DNA of 63,646 nt, filler included, from Chrysochromulina tobinii (lineage: Eukaryota), in the NCBI GenBank assembly GCA_001275005.1. It is 8 parts of 8 records of this genome, joined end to end, with 100 filler letters (N's around TTAATTAATTAA, not from the genome) between each part and the next. Parts side by side here need not be neighbours in the genome. Positions count along the whole stretch, not along the records: positions 1 to 13,410 come from JWZX01000643.1; positions 13,511 to 22,789 come from JWZX01000645.1; positions 22,890 to 31,966 come from JWZX01000646.1; 5 more parts are not named here. One strand, written 5' to 3'. A program made the translations under genes and the position numbers. Shown in pieces: positions 11,631-22,943 of this stretch. The number at the start of each line of letters is the position of its first letter. The first letter of the stretch is position 1. The notes under the pieces are model-generated. The model did no database searches, was not told the origin of the DNA, and was given only the letters and a program-made list of their open reading frames with translations.

Positions 11631-12127
11631 ATGAGCTGCTGCCGGCCTCAAAAGTTGAGCTGCTGCCGGCCTCATGAGCATTGTGGACTGTGCGGTGCGC
11701 ACGGATCAACTGCAACTGAGGTCAACACATCCCAGGCGTGCCTCGTACAAACTGTACACACCAGCTACGCTTTTCCACGACGCACGAAACCCACGAATAC
11801 ACACGCGCATCTCCACGCACAATAAAACAAGACTGTTCCGCCTAGCTATACTATAATACCCCTATACCGCAAAATCGCACTGGTGCGTCGGTCGAGTCGC
11901 ACCGAGCGGAAAGGCGGTGTTAAACGCTTGGTCTGGGGGGTGAGGTTTGTATTCAGTGTCTCGCTGCAAGCAAGCTAATTAGTCGAAACACACAAGTCCT
12001 AAACCTTGCTTGTTTGCTTGCTTGTCTCGCTTAAAAGCGTCCTCGTGGGCGGATGCCGAAAAAACGACGCAACTTTTCTTTTGGGCACGAAAGCCGTGGG
12101 ACGAAGGCCTCCCAGCAGCGACCCAAT

Positions 12128-13330
12128 ATGGCTCGCGTCGCTTATGGAGCCACGTCCGCCGCGGATGACGACGATGACATCCGCTTCGGCAGCATGGGCT
12201 ACACGACCGAGCTCAGCGAGGACTACGTGACCACGGCGCAGTACATGGCCCGGGATCTCGACGATCCCTACGCCTACGAGAAGAAGCCGATCCACTACAT
12301 CCCTGGCTACACTGGCCACCTGCCGCTGAACCGCGAGCGCTTCGGCGTCAACTACCGCGAGGCCTCTGCCGCGACCATCGCGATGCAGAAATCCAAGGGC
12401 GTCCACCACCCCGTCACCGACCTCTCCGCGCCGGCGCCCAACTACGTGCGTGCCACCCGCACCACCCGCCCGCCGCCAGCGCCGCACTCGAGTGCGGAGC
12501 TCGACGGCCGCAGAGAGGATGGCCCTTGCTCGCGGGAGGGAAGCGATGCTGCCGCCGCCTCCGTGGCCGTCCGAGCGCTGTTCGCTCGGATGCCACGACC
12601 CCACCGCCCGACCGACTAGAGGGCCCCACCGCCCTTCAGCCCCCTCTTCTGACCTTCGTGCGTGTGCATGCGTCGGGCAGTTTGGCAAGACCGCCATCAA
12701 GAAGCTCAACCGGAGCCAGAAGTTTATTGCCGCCGACCAGGTCGCTCAGGAGGAGGCCACTACCAACCAGCAAAAGTATGGGCATCCGCACGCTCAGGCG
12801 CCTTTCGGCGTCTTCCCAGTCGGCACGGCGCCCGGAGCGATGGACTACACGGCGACCTCGAGCAAAGTGTGCCCGAACAACCAAGCCGACGACCCCTCGA
12901 GCCTCGCTTCGCGCATCGCCCACCGCCGCGTCGCTCGCATCAAGGTATGACCACTGCCCCCTCTCGCCCCTCTCACCGACCCCATCCCAGCCTCACCCCC
13001 ATTCAAACGCCACCCCCCTCTGCCTCCCTCTCTTCCCTCATCCCCTTCCTCTCTCTGAACTCGCCCCTCTGATTGCCTCTGATTGCATGCGCTCACCCGT
13101 TCCTCTCTCTGAACTCGCCACTCGCAGCGAAACCTCAACGGCGGCCTCTTCCGCCCCGACCCCTACGACGACTCGGTCGTCGACGACATCGCTTCACTCG
13201 ACCCGCGTCTCAAGATCCTTCAGACCCGCACCGAGTACCGTTCCGATGCGGCCGCATGCATGCAAACCTCCGCGGAGGAGCTCTTCGACATGTGCGTCGC
13301 CCACACGCAACCCCCATCTGCCTGCCTCCC
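12128..13330 (+). CDS. FAM166/UPF0605-like flagellar microtubule inner protein (spliced; 3' end uncertain)
   Basis: HYIPGYTGHLPLNRERFGVNYREAS matches the PGYxG motif; likely intron 12446-12680 rejoins in frame at FGKTAIKK. Confidence 0.55.
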
Positions 13331-13410
13331 CCCCCCTCCGATAGGCAACTCCCCGTATCGGACTGCACCCTTCGTCGCTTGTTCCCGCCCGCCCCCTCTC
13401 CCCCCTTCCC

Positions 13411-13510
13411 NNNNNNNNNNNNNNNNNNNNNNNNNNNNNNNNNNNNNNNNNNNNTTAATTAATTAANNNNNNNNNNNNNNNNNNNNNNNNNNNNNNNNNN
13501 NNNNNNNNNN
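13411..13510. other. Artificial contig linker N-TTAATTAATTAA-N (also 22790-22889, 31967-32066, 35141-35240, 43971-44070, 56997-57096, 60830-60929)
   Basis: Seven 100-nt N blocks, each with the same six-frame-stop palindrome at the centre. Confidence 0.98.
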
Positions 13511-14164
13511 GCTCGCAGAGGGTGCTTTTGCCTGCGTTCCGCTTAGACCCTCTGTGAGGGTCGAAACGGCGTCCCGTCGGTTCAAATTCACGAGACAAAT
13601 CGAGTATGGCTGAGATAATAGGGGGTCCAGGGGTCTCCGAGCTAGTGTTAACCGCATCCGTATGTACGCCGGTCCGGTGTCTTGGGTGTCGAATTATAAA
13701 CATTGGCTGTGAAGAAGGTACCGCCTGGAAGCGAGTCGGGAAGGAAACACGACAGCGGTTTCCCCATGATGCTGCTCCAACAAAAGAGCACACGTCGAGC
13801 GCTGAACCGGCACCCAGCGCGGGGCGACACCACCACAGTGGGTGCAGGGAACACACGAGAGTACGCACACGTGAGATGCTACGAACTACATGTAAAAGTA
13901 CATCGATGTACGATCGATGCTGGATCGATGCCGTTCCGTTCCGTACGGCTTGACAGACCAGACACGCATCATCAGGCTCCGGAAGAGCTTGGTGCAGTTG
14001 CTTGCCTGGGGCAACAGGATCCATGCAAGCGCACATCAGAACCATCTCGATCCGAAAGCGGCAAAGCGCACGCGAGGCCAAGAAGAAGGTGCCGCCTCCG
14101 CTAAGAAGAATGGCTCCATCTGTGTCGCACGAGAGCGCGGGCTGCTGAAATTGCCATCGCCCTT

Positions 14165-14719
14165 TTACTCAGCCTTGCTCTCAGCCTTGCTCATGCTCTG
14201 AGCCTTGCTCTGAGCCGTGTGGAGGAACTGTTCCGCAATGACGAGCTTGGATTGCGCCTCTGATTGCGCCGCAACGAGGTCGGTAATGACTGGATCCACA
14301 TGCTGCGCAGCAACGAGGTCACGAACGACCTTGGCGGCATAAGGGTCGGCTTGGCCGTATCTCATTCCCTCGTAGACGCCACCAACATCGACGTTGTTCT
14401 GCTGGAACTCGTCGAAATGCGCAGGCTTCCGGCGGTGCACCTGAATCGCATCGTAAGAGGCCTGCACCGCCTCCCTGCTGATGCCGTGCGCCTTGAGGAT
14501 CTGATCAATATCGACCACATGAGGCACATTCGGATCTTGGTGTTCGTGGACTTCACTAGTGACATCGTGGCCGCCTTGTGTGTCGATGTTTGCTGCAGTC
14601 ACCTCGTCCAATGAGTCGTCTGCATTCGGGTTGGTGATCAATTTCCCGTGTAGGCTTAGCATGCCATTTTGCATCGGCAGCGCGAAAATGGCCAGTGCCA
14701 TGGCCGCCACAGCCATCAT
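14165..14719 (-). CDS. Hypothetical secreted protein
   Basis: ORF from MMAVAAMALAIFALP (signal peptide-like), acidic body, C-terminal AQSK/AESK repeats. Confidence 0.6.
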   Translation of the reverse strand: MMAVAAMALAIFALPMQNGMLSLHGKLITNPNADDSLDEVTAANIDTQGGHDVTSEVHEHQDPNVPHVVDIDQILKAHGISREAVQASYDAIQVHRRKPAHFDEFQQNNVDVGGVYEGMRYGQADPYAAKVVRDLVAAQHVDPVITDLVAAQSEAQSKLVIAEQFLHTAQSKAQSMSKAESKAE

Positions 14720-14830
14720 TTTACTTAAGTAGTCCGGGTCCTTCCTAAATTGGTGCAGCGAGCGAGAGTCTTTGTGGGAAAGCTTAATTTGGTAAGGACT
14801 CAAACTTCGACACATCCTCTACGTTGTACT

Positions 14831-17800
14831 CTACCAGCATTCGCGCGTCCGCGTCACCCGAGGCACCCACGAGTGCACCACCTCCGCCTCCTTGCAAATC
14901 AGCCGGTTGATCGTGCTGCTGAACTGGCGGCCCTGTAGCCCCGCGCCATTCCAATCGTAGAGAGCGAGCGCGTAGACGCGCTCCCACGCGCGCTGAAAGG
15001 CGTTCAGTCCGAGCAGATCGACGCGGTATCCCGCGACGAAGACGGCACGGTTACGCGGCACCGTCGCGGCAAAGTGTTGGACGAGGTGTGTCAGGTTGCT
15101 CTCGACGTCGATCCCATCGCCTTGTAGGCACAGGCAGTCAAAGGGCGCCGCCTGCTGCACCTGTTGTCGCACGTGCCGACGAATCTCCTCACGGTACGCG
15201 ACGCCGCGCATCACGCGCGCCTTCAGAGCGCTTGCCTCAGCCTCGCTCGCTTCCACAGAAGCGCCCGCCACAGCGCCAGACGCCGCCACAGCGCCCGCCA
15301 CAGCGCCCTCAGCCGCCGCCACCGCCACCTTCCCGTCGTCTGGGTCACTCTCTAGGTGGGCCGCTAGCCGGCCGGCGAGGTCGCCCATCTCGAGCAGCGG
15401 CGCGTTCGCATACGGCGCGAGCCAACCGACAATCTCTGCGTCGGTCGCGCCACGGCGCATGTCGGCGGGGGTGAGGACGAGCGCATCCGATGGCGGTGGC
15501 ACGAGGCGCCATTCTTCGTCTGCGTCGATGAAGAGAGTGGGCGGTGCCGCTTCCACGCCGCCCGCGGCCGCCTGTGCCTGCGCCAAGGCCGCACTTGCGA
15601 GTGGATGTGAAAGGAAGCTCGCTTCCCGGTAATAGCCCGCGAACTCGTCCTTGAGGGCGCTAAGGTCAAAGAACCATTCGACGGTGCACCAGTCTGCATC
15701 GACGGCGTCGTCCAGCACGTTGTCGTCGCGTCGCCCGTCGCTGCCATGGTACACGAGAGGCGGCGGCGGCACGAGCCCAGAGTCGTTGGTGAAGGCGCAC
15801 GTCGAGGGCAGCAGCAGCACGCGCCCGAGGAGGACGGCAAGGCGCAGCGCATTCCGCAGCGCGCTCGTTTCCCTGAGGAGCCCGCTCACGCCCGGCTGTG
15901 CCGCCGCGTAGCGTAGCAGGCGTAATGGCCGTCCGGCCTCACCTGATGACGGAGGCGCTCAGAGGCACTCAGAGGCACTCAGAGGCGCTCAGAGGCGCTC
16001 AGAGGCACTCAGAGGCACTCATTTGCTAGCAGCACAGTCGGCCATGACCGCGGTGTAACGGGCGCATGCACGCAGCACAGTCGGCCATGACCGCGGTGTA
16101 ACGGGCGCATGCACGCAGCACAGTCGGCCATGGCCGCGGTGTAACGGGCACACCTTGGTAGTACGAGGGCGGGTCCTGATTCCACAACTGCGCCTCCCGG
16201 AAGCGATGCCGTTTGTTCTCGGCGCCGCCGATCCAATTGTTCTGCACGACGATGGGGGCCGTTCCCTCACGCTCGCCCGTTCGCTTGACGAAGTACTGGG
16301 TATCGGGAGTGGCATGGGGGGGGGGGGGGTGCAGGGGACAACGACCGTGAGGAGCATGGGTTGGGGGGAGGCGAGGGCAGCCAGAGGGCAAGTCGGAGGG
16401 AATGGCAAAGGCAGGCTCCACTCTGTTCCACTCTGTTCCTCACCTGAAAGCCGTTTGGGAAGAGGCGAGGGTGCATCACCGCCACATTCAAGTCGACGAC
16501 GAGCAGCTCGGAGAGGATTTGGTTGAACGACTGCTGGTCGTGCTGCTCTGGGTGGCGCGCCTGGACGGATGGGGAGGGACATGGTTGGGGCGAGGGTGAG
16601 GGTGAGGGTAGCCATCGGAGACGCCATCCAAGAGGCCATCGGAGAGGCCATCAGAGAGGCCATCCGAGAGGCTAGCCAAGAGACTAGCCGAGAGGCCCTC
16701 TGAAGCTCACCTGGTAGTCAAGATTCTCCTTGAGCAAGATGAGTGTTTCATTGAGGGCAATCAAGGGTAATCAAACGAGATCGCACCTGGTAGTCGAGCA
16801 CCTCCTTGAGCAAGATGAGTGGGCGCACGCCCGCGCGCGCATAAAAGAAGCCAGCCATCACCATACCCGGGGCCTCGCGCCAGTTGCGCGGCACCACCGT
16901 CGAGTCGCACGCGACGACCAGCTGCGCGCGGGGCGGGAAGACGGTAAACGGCGATGCGCGAAAGACGGCGTCGGCGTCCGTGAGGAGCACATTGTACCCG
17001 CGGACGAGCACCTCAGCGAGGTAGAGCAGGCGCAGCTTCATGATGTCCATGAAGGCGGCCGACGTGTGCGCCGCGCTCGCCGGCTGCATCTGCGGCATGC
17101 AGGGCGCGTGGTACGAGACGAAACCCGCCGACCCAAAGATGGCATGTGCGGTTTCGTCAAGTGCGATCACGAGCGTATTGGGAACGACCGCGGGTGCGAA
17201 GCCGTTGAGCACAAAGTCGGCGTAGCCCGCGTTCGCAAATGTGAGGATCACGTCGCGCCCATCCACGCCTAGCGTGCCGACCGTGCTCCCCGCCGCCGCC
17301 GCCCGTTGCAACGCGTCGTCCAGATCGGCCAGAAACGGCTCCGAGCATTTCGTCTCCGCCAGCCACTCCGCGCGGAGCATGCGCATAATCTCGGTGGAGA
17401 GATCGTGCTCGTCGTCCATGTACTCGACGAGGTTGTGGAACGGGACGCCGTGGAGGCCCGAGCGGTGCTCCAAGGGCTCGTTACGCGAGAAACCGCCGCC
17501 GCCGCCGCCGCCGCTGCCGCCGTCGCTTGCACTGCCGGCCGGCGCAAACTCGTCCACCAGCTCAGGCGATCCCAAGGCGTCCTGCTGAGTGCGCACGCCC
17601 CAGCGCTCGTCCCGCTCGGGTGGACCATTGTACGCTGCGCGACGCTGCCGGTAGCGCCGCATCGCCTCGCGGAGCCCAGGGTCTCCTTGGCCACCATTGT
17701 GCTCCGAAGCTGCCGCCGCCGCTACTGCCGCCGCCACGGCACGTGCGACTGCTGCGCTGGCTGCTGATGATGACCTGGATGCTGCAGATGGCTGATGCTC

Positions 17801-18040
17801 AGCATCTGATCGTAGTCTGACGTAGCTGAGCGGAAGCAAGCCCGTGCGGCCATCGGTCGCCTGGCACGAGATCCACTCGTCCTCGCCGTCCGCAAGGCCA
17901 TGCACGCGCAGCTCCTCGCCGCGGATCACACTCAGCTCGTCCGTCTCGCGTGCGCGGTAATCGAAGAGCGCAACTCCAGAGGGCGCGGATGCGACTGATA
18001 CGAACACGGCCAGCAGGCACCGCGACGACGTGATTAGCAT
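14831..18040 (-). CDS. Signal peptide + SH3 + nucleotide-diphospho-sugar transferase (GT77-like); exons approx 18040-16787, 16560-16444, 16295-16154, 15942-14831
   Basis: ALFDYRARETDELSVIRGEEL..EW..GLLPLSYV (SH3); GYNVLLTDADAVF (DxD), MAGFFYAR, HDQQSFNQIL, LFPNG, NNWIGGAENKRHRFREAQLW, LRNALRLAVLLGRVLLLP. Confidence 0.85.
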
Positions 18041-18213
18041 TGAGAAGACGCGTTTCTAGAACATTCACTATGAAAACACACGTAAACGGTATCACTGTGA
18101 ACAGAAATACAGGACTCGCGATACATTCACAACACCGGGAGCGGTTGTATGAGAGCTTTACTGTGTCGAACTGTTCACACACACGTTCACACTGTTCTGG
18201 AACCATTGTGCAC

Positions 18214-18756
18214 ATGCTAGAGACCCTTCATCTCAACACTTGGTTGCGGCTGTTACGCCCGGGATCGAGCTGGGTTGCGCCGTATGTACCAACGCCCATG
18301 GCAGTGGCAAGCCGCCTCCTCTCTCTAGCTCGCCTGAAGAGGGGCGAAACCATAGTGGATCTGGGATGCGGCGACGGCCGCTTGCTCACCCTGGCTGCGC
18401 AGGAGTTTGGCGCTGCGCGAGGTATTGGCTACGAAATGGATGCACAACTGGCCGAAAAGGCACGCGCCCTCACGGAGGAGGTTGGCAATGTCCACATCTT
18501 CAACGAGGACCTCGCGAACGCTGCGCCAGCGCTCGAGCAGGCGGACGTTGTGACACTCTATCTTTCGGTCAGCGGCAACGCCTTGGTGTATCCGCTGCTC
18601 ACGCGTCATTTGAAATCGACGGCGCGCGTGGTGTCCTACGTATGGGATATGCCAGTGGCGCCCACGCGCACTGTGCTGATGCCCGGGTCAGGTGCGCCAC
18701 TGCATCTGTTCGAGCACGCTGATCTCGTGAAAGGCACCCGGGTAGGGGCGGAATAA
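18214..18756 (+). CDS. Class I SAM-dependent methyltransferase (FAM173-like)
   Basis: APYVPTP..IVDLGCGDGRLL..GIGYEMD..ADVVTLYL..ARVVSY; lies head-to-head with the GT77 gene. Confidence 0.88.
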   Translation: MLETLHLNTWLRLLRPGSSWVAPYVPTPMAVASRLLSLARLKRGETIVDLGCGDGRLLTLAAQEFGAARGIGYEMDAQLAEKARALTEEVGNVHIFNEDLANAAPALEQADVVTLYLSVSGNALVYPLLTRHLKSTARVVSYVWDMPVAPTRTVLMPGSGAPLHLFEHADLVKGTRVGAE

Positions 18757-18839
18757 GCGGCGGAATAGCTACTCTCCGCGGTTGAAAGCTTCCTTAGAGA
18801 CTCTACCCGTTTAAAAAGGGACACAACTCCGTCTGATTC

Positions 18840-20489
18840 CTACGCCCGATGAGAATGACTTGAAGGAAAATGCAAGAATCCCCTGTCGAATCCCCTGAAG
18901 GTCGTGCTCTTCCGAAGGTCAAACGCTGCCGACAAATGAGCTCTCGGCGTCTGGGAGGGCGCAGGCATCGCTTGCGACGGGGCGACGGAGGAGGAGGCGA
19001 TGGAGGGAGGGGCGACGGAGGAGGAGGCGATGGGGGGGGTGGCGACGGAGGCCGAGGACTTGGAGGAGGCGAGGGCGGAGGCGATGGAGGCGGAGAGGGC
19101 GGCGGAGAAGGAGGTGGTGAGGGCGGCTGCCGACAATTGAGCTCGCGGTGTCGTGGAGGGCGCAGGCATCGCTTGCGGCGGCCCCAGCGTGGCGGCTTTG
19201 CGTGTCGCTACGCCTGGAAGGAACCAGTCGTCGCCATGCATGGATTTCGAGGGGCTCAACCCAGAGTCGTTCTTGTCGGTCTCGCCGCTACCGGCGGGTG
19301 GAGAGGAACCAGCACCGTACTGGGCGGCGGGTAGAGGGGATCCAGCAGCGTTGCGAGGCGCCTTGCGCGGCGTCCCCTTGCGCGCGCTGTCCTGCTGCTG
19401 CTGCTGCTGCTCGCGCTGCTTCCGTACATTCTCATTGTGGGCCGCGAGCTTCTCTTGGGCAGTTTGTGGCGGCGGAGTGGCGTCGTGTTGAGCGTCGTGG
19501 ACTGGACTGAATAGCTGAGTGCTAAACGAGAGGTTCGCCACCACGGTCGGGGACTGGTGCGCGCTAGCTGAAGGTGGCATTTCGGGCGAGGCTGTGCTTG
19601 TTGCGATTGGTGGCGACGCCGCATCGACGAGTATCGCACTCGCAGGCGGCAGCCGGCCCGCGGAGGTATTGCGGGTGGCGCCAGAGCGATTCGCGCTGTT
19701 GTCGAGTTGACTGGGCCGCGATTGGGTCAGCCGGTGCTGCTGCGCTGAGGAGAGCCTCGACGGCTGCTCGCTCGAGCCGAACCAATCGAATCCACCAAGA
19801 CTGCTCAGTAAGGACGTGATCACCGAGCTCTTGTTCTGAGCAGCAGCAGCAGCCTCGGCGGCCAGGGCTCGCTCCTCCATCGATGCGAGTTGCACCTCGA
19901 GCTCAGCGACCCGGGCTTCGGCCAGGTCGGCGCGTGCCTCAGCGGCCAGTGCCCGCTCTTCGATAGACTGCGAAGTTCGCGCCTTCTTCACCTCCTCCTC
20001 CAGTAATGCCTTCTGCGCCGCCCGGGCATCGCGCTTGACGTTGATGGTCTCGGCGTGCTCGCACGCCTTCACGAGCAATTCATGAGGACGCTCATACGCC
20101 CAGCACTCGAAGATCTTGATGCAATCCCTCTCGTTCAAGGACTGCGCGTCGCTCCTCGCAGCTTCCGCATCGGCTTCACAGGCCAGCAACAGCGCGACTG
20201 CGGCAGGCGACTTGCCAAAGACAGCCATCGACAGCGGCGACGCGCCGTCAAGGTTCTCCGCGTCGACGTCCGCGCCATACTCGAGCAGCAGCATCATCGC
20301 TTGCGTTCGACCGAGATACGCGGCTACTCCGAGTGCCGACGTCCCAGAACGATCGCGGCAGCGGTCTGGATTGACGCCTTCCTCCAGAAGGCGCTGTATG
20401 GTGGCAAGATCAAGCGGAAGCACCGGCCCGTCCTTCTGGTGCGGGTCCGCCCCAATGGCGATCAACAGGTCGCGCTCTTTCGACGCCAT
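18840..20489 (-). CDS. Ankyrin-repeat and coiled-coil protein
   Basis: DRSGTSALGVAAYLG..LLLEYGADVDAENLDGASPLSMAV; intronless 549-aa ORF. Confidence 0.85.
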   Translation of the reverse strand: MASKERDLLIAIGADPHQKDGPVLPLDLATIQRLLEEGVNPDRCRDRSGTSALGVAAYLGRTQAMMLLLEYGADVDAENLDGASPLSMAVFGKSPAAVALLLACEADAEAARSDAQSLNERDCIKIFECWAYERPHELLVKACEHAETINVKRDARAAQKALLEEEVKKARTSQSIEERALAAEARADLAEARVAELEVQLASMEERALAAEAAAAAQNKSSVITSLLSSLGGFDWFGSSEQPSRLSSAQQHRLTQSRPSQLDNSANRSGATRNTSAGRLPPASAILVDAASPPIATSTASPEMPPSASAHQSPTVVANLSFSTQLFSPVHDAQHDATPPPQTAQEKLAAHNENVRKQREQQQQQQDSARKGTPRKAPRNAAGSPLPAAQYGAGSSPPAGSGETDKNDSGLSPSKSMHGDDWFLPGVATRKAATLGPPQAMPAPSTTPRAQLSAAALTTSFSAALSASIASALASSKSSASVATPPIASSSVAPPSIASSSVAPSQAMPAPSQTPRAHLSAAFDLRKSTTFRGFDRGFLHFPSSHSHRA

Positions 20490-20747
20490 CGCAGCCGAGC
20501 AGGCTCCGTAGCCAAGGCTCCGGTTCAGCCTTCGCCCCCCTTCGTGCTAAAAACCCGCGCGGCCCCTTCCAAAAAAATTGCTTCGCTTCGGAACTCAAAA
20601 GTTACGGTAGTTACGTCGGTCAGCAAGTTTGAGTGGCGAACTGTGACTTCAGTGATCAGTGTGTTGACGCTACATGTGTGATGTGATCGGATCGGTGATC
20701 TCGGATGTCTCACTTCGACTCATTATTGGCCTCGCGCCACAGCACTG

Positions 20748-22647
20748 TCAGTGGCGCACTGTCTCCCGCAGCGTCGCCACTGCCCTGGCCTCGAGCTCGC
20801 CGGCGTCGGCAGCTGAAACGCCCCGCCGTGCGAGCTCCTCGAGGAAGCGCCCCACCTGATGAGGCAGGCAATCAGTGGAAATCAGTGGCAATCAGTGGCA
20901 ATCGAATCTCCTCGAGGAAGCACCCCACCTCCTCCTCACGCACGCCGTTGACGCCATACGCGGAGGGCTCGAGGGCCGCCGCCGAGTGGTAGAGCAGCGC
21001 GGCCTCGCGCGAGGCGACCACCTGATGAGGGAGATCATCTGTTTTAATCTCGCGCGAGGTGATCACCTTGGGTTTGGCGAGGCACTCTTAATCAGTGGCC
21101 ATCCAGTCGCACTCAGTCGCACTCAGTCGCACTCAGTTGTAATCTCGCGCGAGGTGACCACCTTGGGCTCGGCGCGATTGCCCATCTCGCGCTCGAAACG
21201 GCCGAGCGCCGTACCGAGCGCCGAGAGCCGCCGGTCCGCGCTCGCGTCGTAGCGGGCACTCGCGTCGTCATGGGCATCGCGCGCGTCCTCTCGGGCGTCT
21301 GGAGGCTCGGCAGCGTCCGCAAGCAGTGCCGCCGCCACGCACTTGGCCATCAGGCATGCGTCTACGAGGGTCTGATTCGCGCCCTGACCCTTGAACGGGG
21401 TCATTGCATGCGCGGCATCGCCCAGCAAGGTGACACGTGAGTGCCACGCGCTGGCGGCGCCCGCAACGGCGCCCTCGCCCGCAACGGCGCCCTTGCTCGC
21501 CACAGACGTTTTACGGCGCAGCGGCAGCGCGGGACGATCGAGCAGCGGCGTTCCCCAGACGGAGGAGGCGAGCGTCTCTTCGAGCATCTGCGGCACTGGC
21601 GCGTGCCAGTGCTTGCATCTCGCCTTCATCTCGGCGAGCAGCGCCGCGCCGCCCGCCCGACACAGCGCGCGCGCGGCTTCGGCGTCCTCGGCACGGAAGG
21701 AGAGTTGCCACATGGTCGTATGCGGCGGCCCCTCGTCCGCAAATAAAGGCGGTTGGCTCGTTTTTGGCGGTTGATTGCCAAGAGGGGCCTGGGCGGCGAC
21801 CTCAGCCGCGGGCGCCGTGTCGGGCACCGACTCGGTGGTGGAGGCTCGCTTCAGAGCCGCCGCGTCGTCGGTCGCGTCGCCCGGCCCCTTGGCATCCTCT
21901 AGCGGCTCGTATGGCATCGTGAACAGGCGGTGGGTGCCATCGACGGTGTAGAAGCCCTGCCGATGAAGGAGAGGATGCTGCGTGGTCGAAAGCCCGAGCA
22001 CGACGACGACGCCGACCTCGCGCAGAGCATCACCCACCTTCTGGGCGCGCACGGCGGAGCGCACGCCGTCCGCGCCAATGAGCACGCTGCCGTACGCCAC
22101 GTGCAGCTCGGGCGGCTGCGGCTCTGGCTCCGGTGGCGGTAGTGGCCGATCGTGCGCACGCTCGCCGGCCGCGCGGTCCCACTCTCTCGAGGTGCACGGC
22201 GACGCGCCGCTTCGCGGGCTGCTCTTCGTACCGGCGGAGCCGCCAGCCCCAGCGCACCGTTCCCGGCGCGAGCCGCTCATACAGCAGCTGGCGCAGCGTG
22301 TGGCGCGGCACCCGGAAGTTGCGGCCGTCGCCCGGCTTACCACTGAAGCAGATGCCAAAGTATCCAAGCACACGCCCATCCGCGGCGAACACCCAATGAC
22401 AGTTAGAGGAGGCTTGCATGTCAGTGGCTCTGATGGCATGTGTGAGCCCGAGCGACGCGAGCGCTGTGCTGCACGTCGGGCCGAGCGTGAGACCATAGCC
22501 ACGGCGAGCAACCTCCCAGCTCTCGTCCCGTTCATACACCAGGCATCGAACGCCGCGGTCTTGCAGCGCCACAGCGACAGCTAAGCCGCCAATGCCACCA
22601 CCGATGATGATTGCCTCGGCGTCACAGCTTTCCTGGGCCGCAACCAT
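20748..22647 (-). CDS. FAD-dependent monooxygenase (FAD_binding_3 type); introns 21161-21022 and 20928-20856; frame change near 22130-22185
   Basis: IIIGGGIGGLAVAVAL..VYERD, LIGADGVRSAVR and VTLLGDAAHAMTPFKGQGANQTLVDA fingerprints. Confidence 0.9.
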
Positions 22648-22943
22648 CCCGCGCTGATGCCGTCGGCGCAGGGGCGGTCACGGCTTGGCGGTGTGTGAGC
22701 TCGCTGCTGCTGCTGTGAAACACACACGCGCACAACCTCCGGACCCCCAAGCACGAGGGCCTCTATCGCTATGGACGGAGGTGTGGCCGNNNNNNNNNNN
22801 NNNNNNNNNNNNNNNNNNNNNNNNNNNNNNNNNTTAATTAATTAANNNNNNNNNNNNNNNNNNNNNNNNNNNNNNNNNNNNNNNNNNNNCCCCTCCCCCC
22901 ACCCACCCACCGCTCCTCCCCCCTCCCGATGCTCCTACTGCAG

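Noticed and set aside
13411..13510. Repeated palindrome TTAATTAATTAA between N runs (seven copies)
   Set aside because: Contig-concatenation linker, not biological; gene neighbourhoods across it were not interpreted.
13511..13600. 12-bp hairpin (ctcgcagagggt/accctctgtgag) and a GGTTCAAATTC B-box-like motif as tRNA or snRNA
   Set aside because: No cloverleaf or recognisable snRNA motifs could be built, and it sits at a contig edge; a covariance-model search would be needed.
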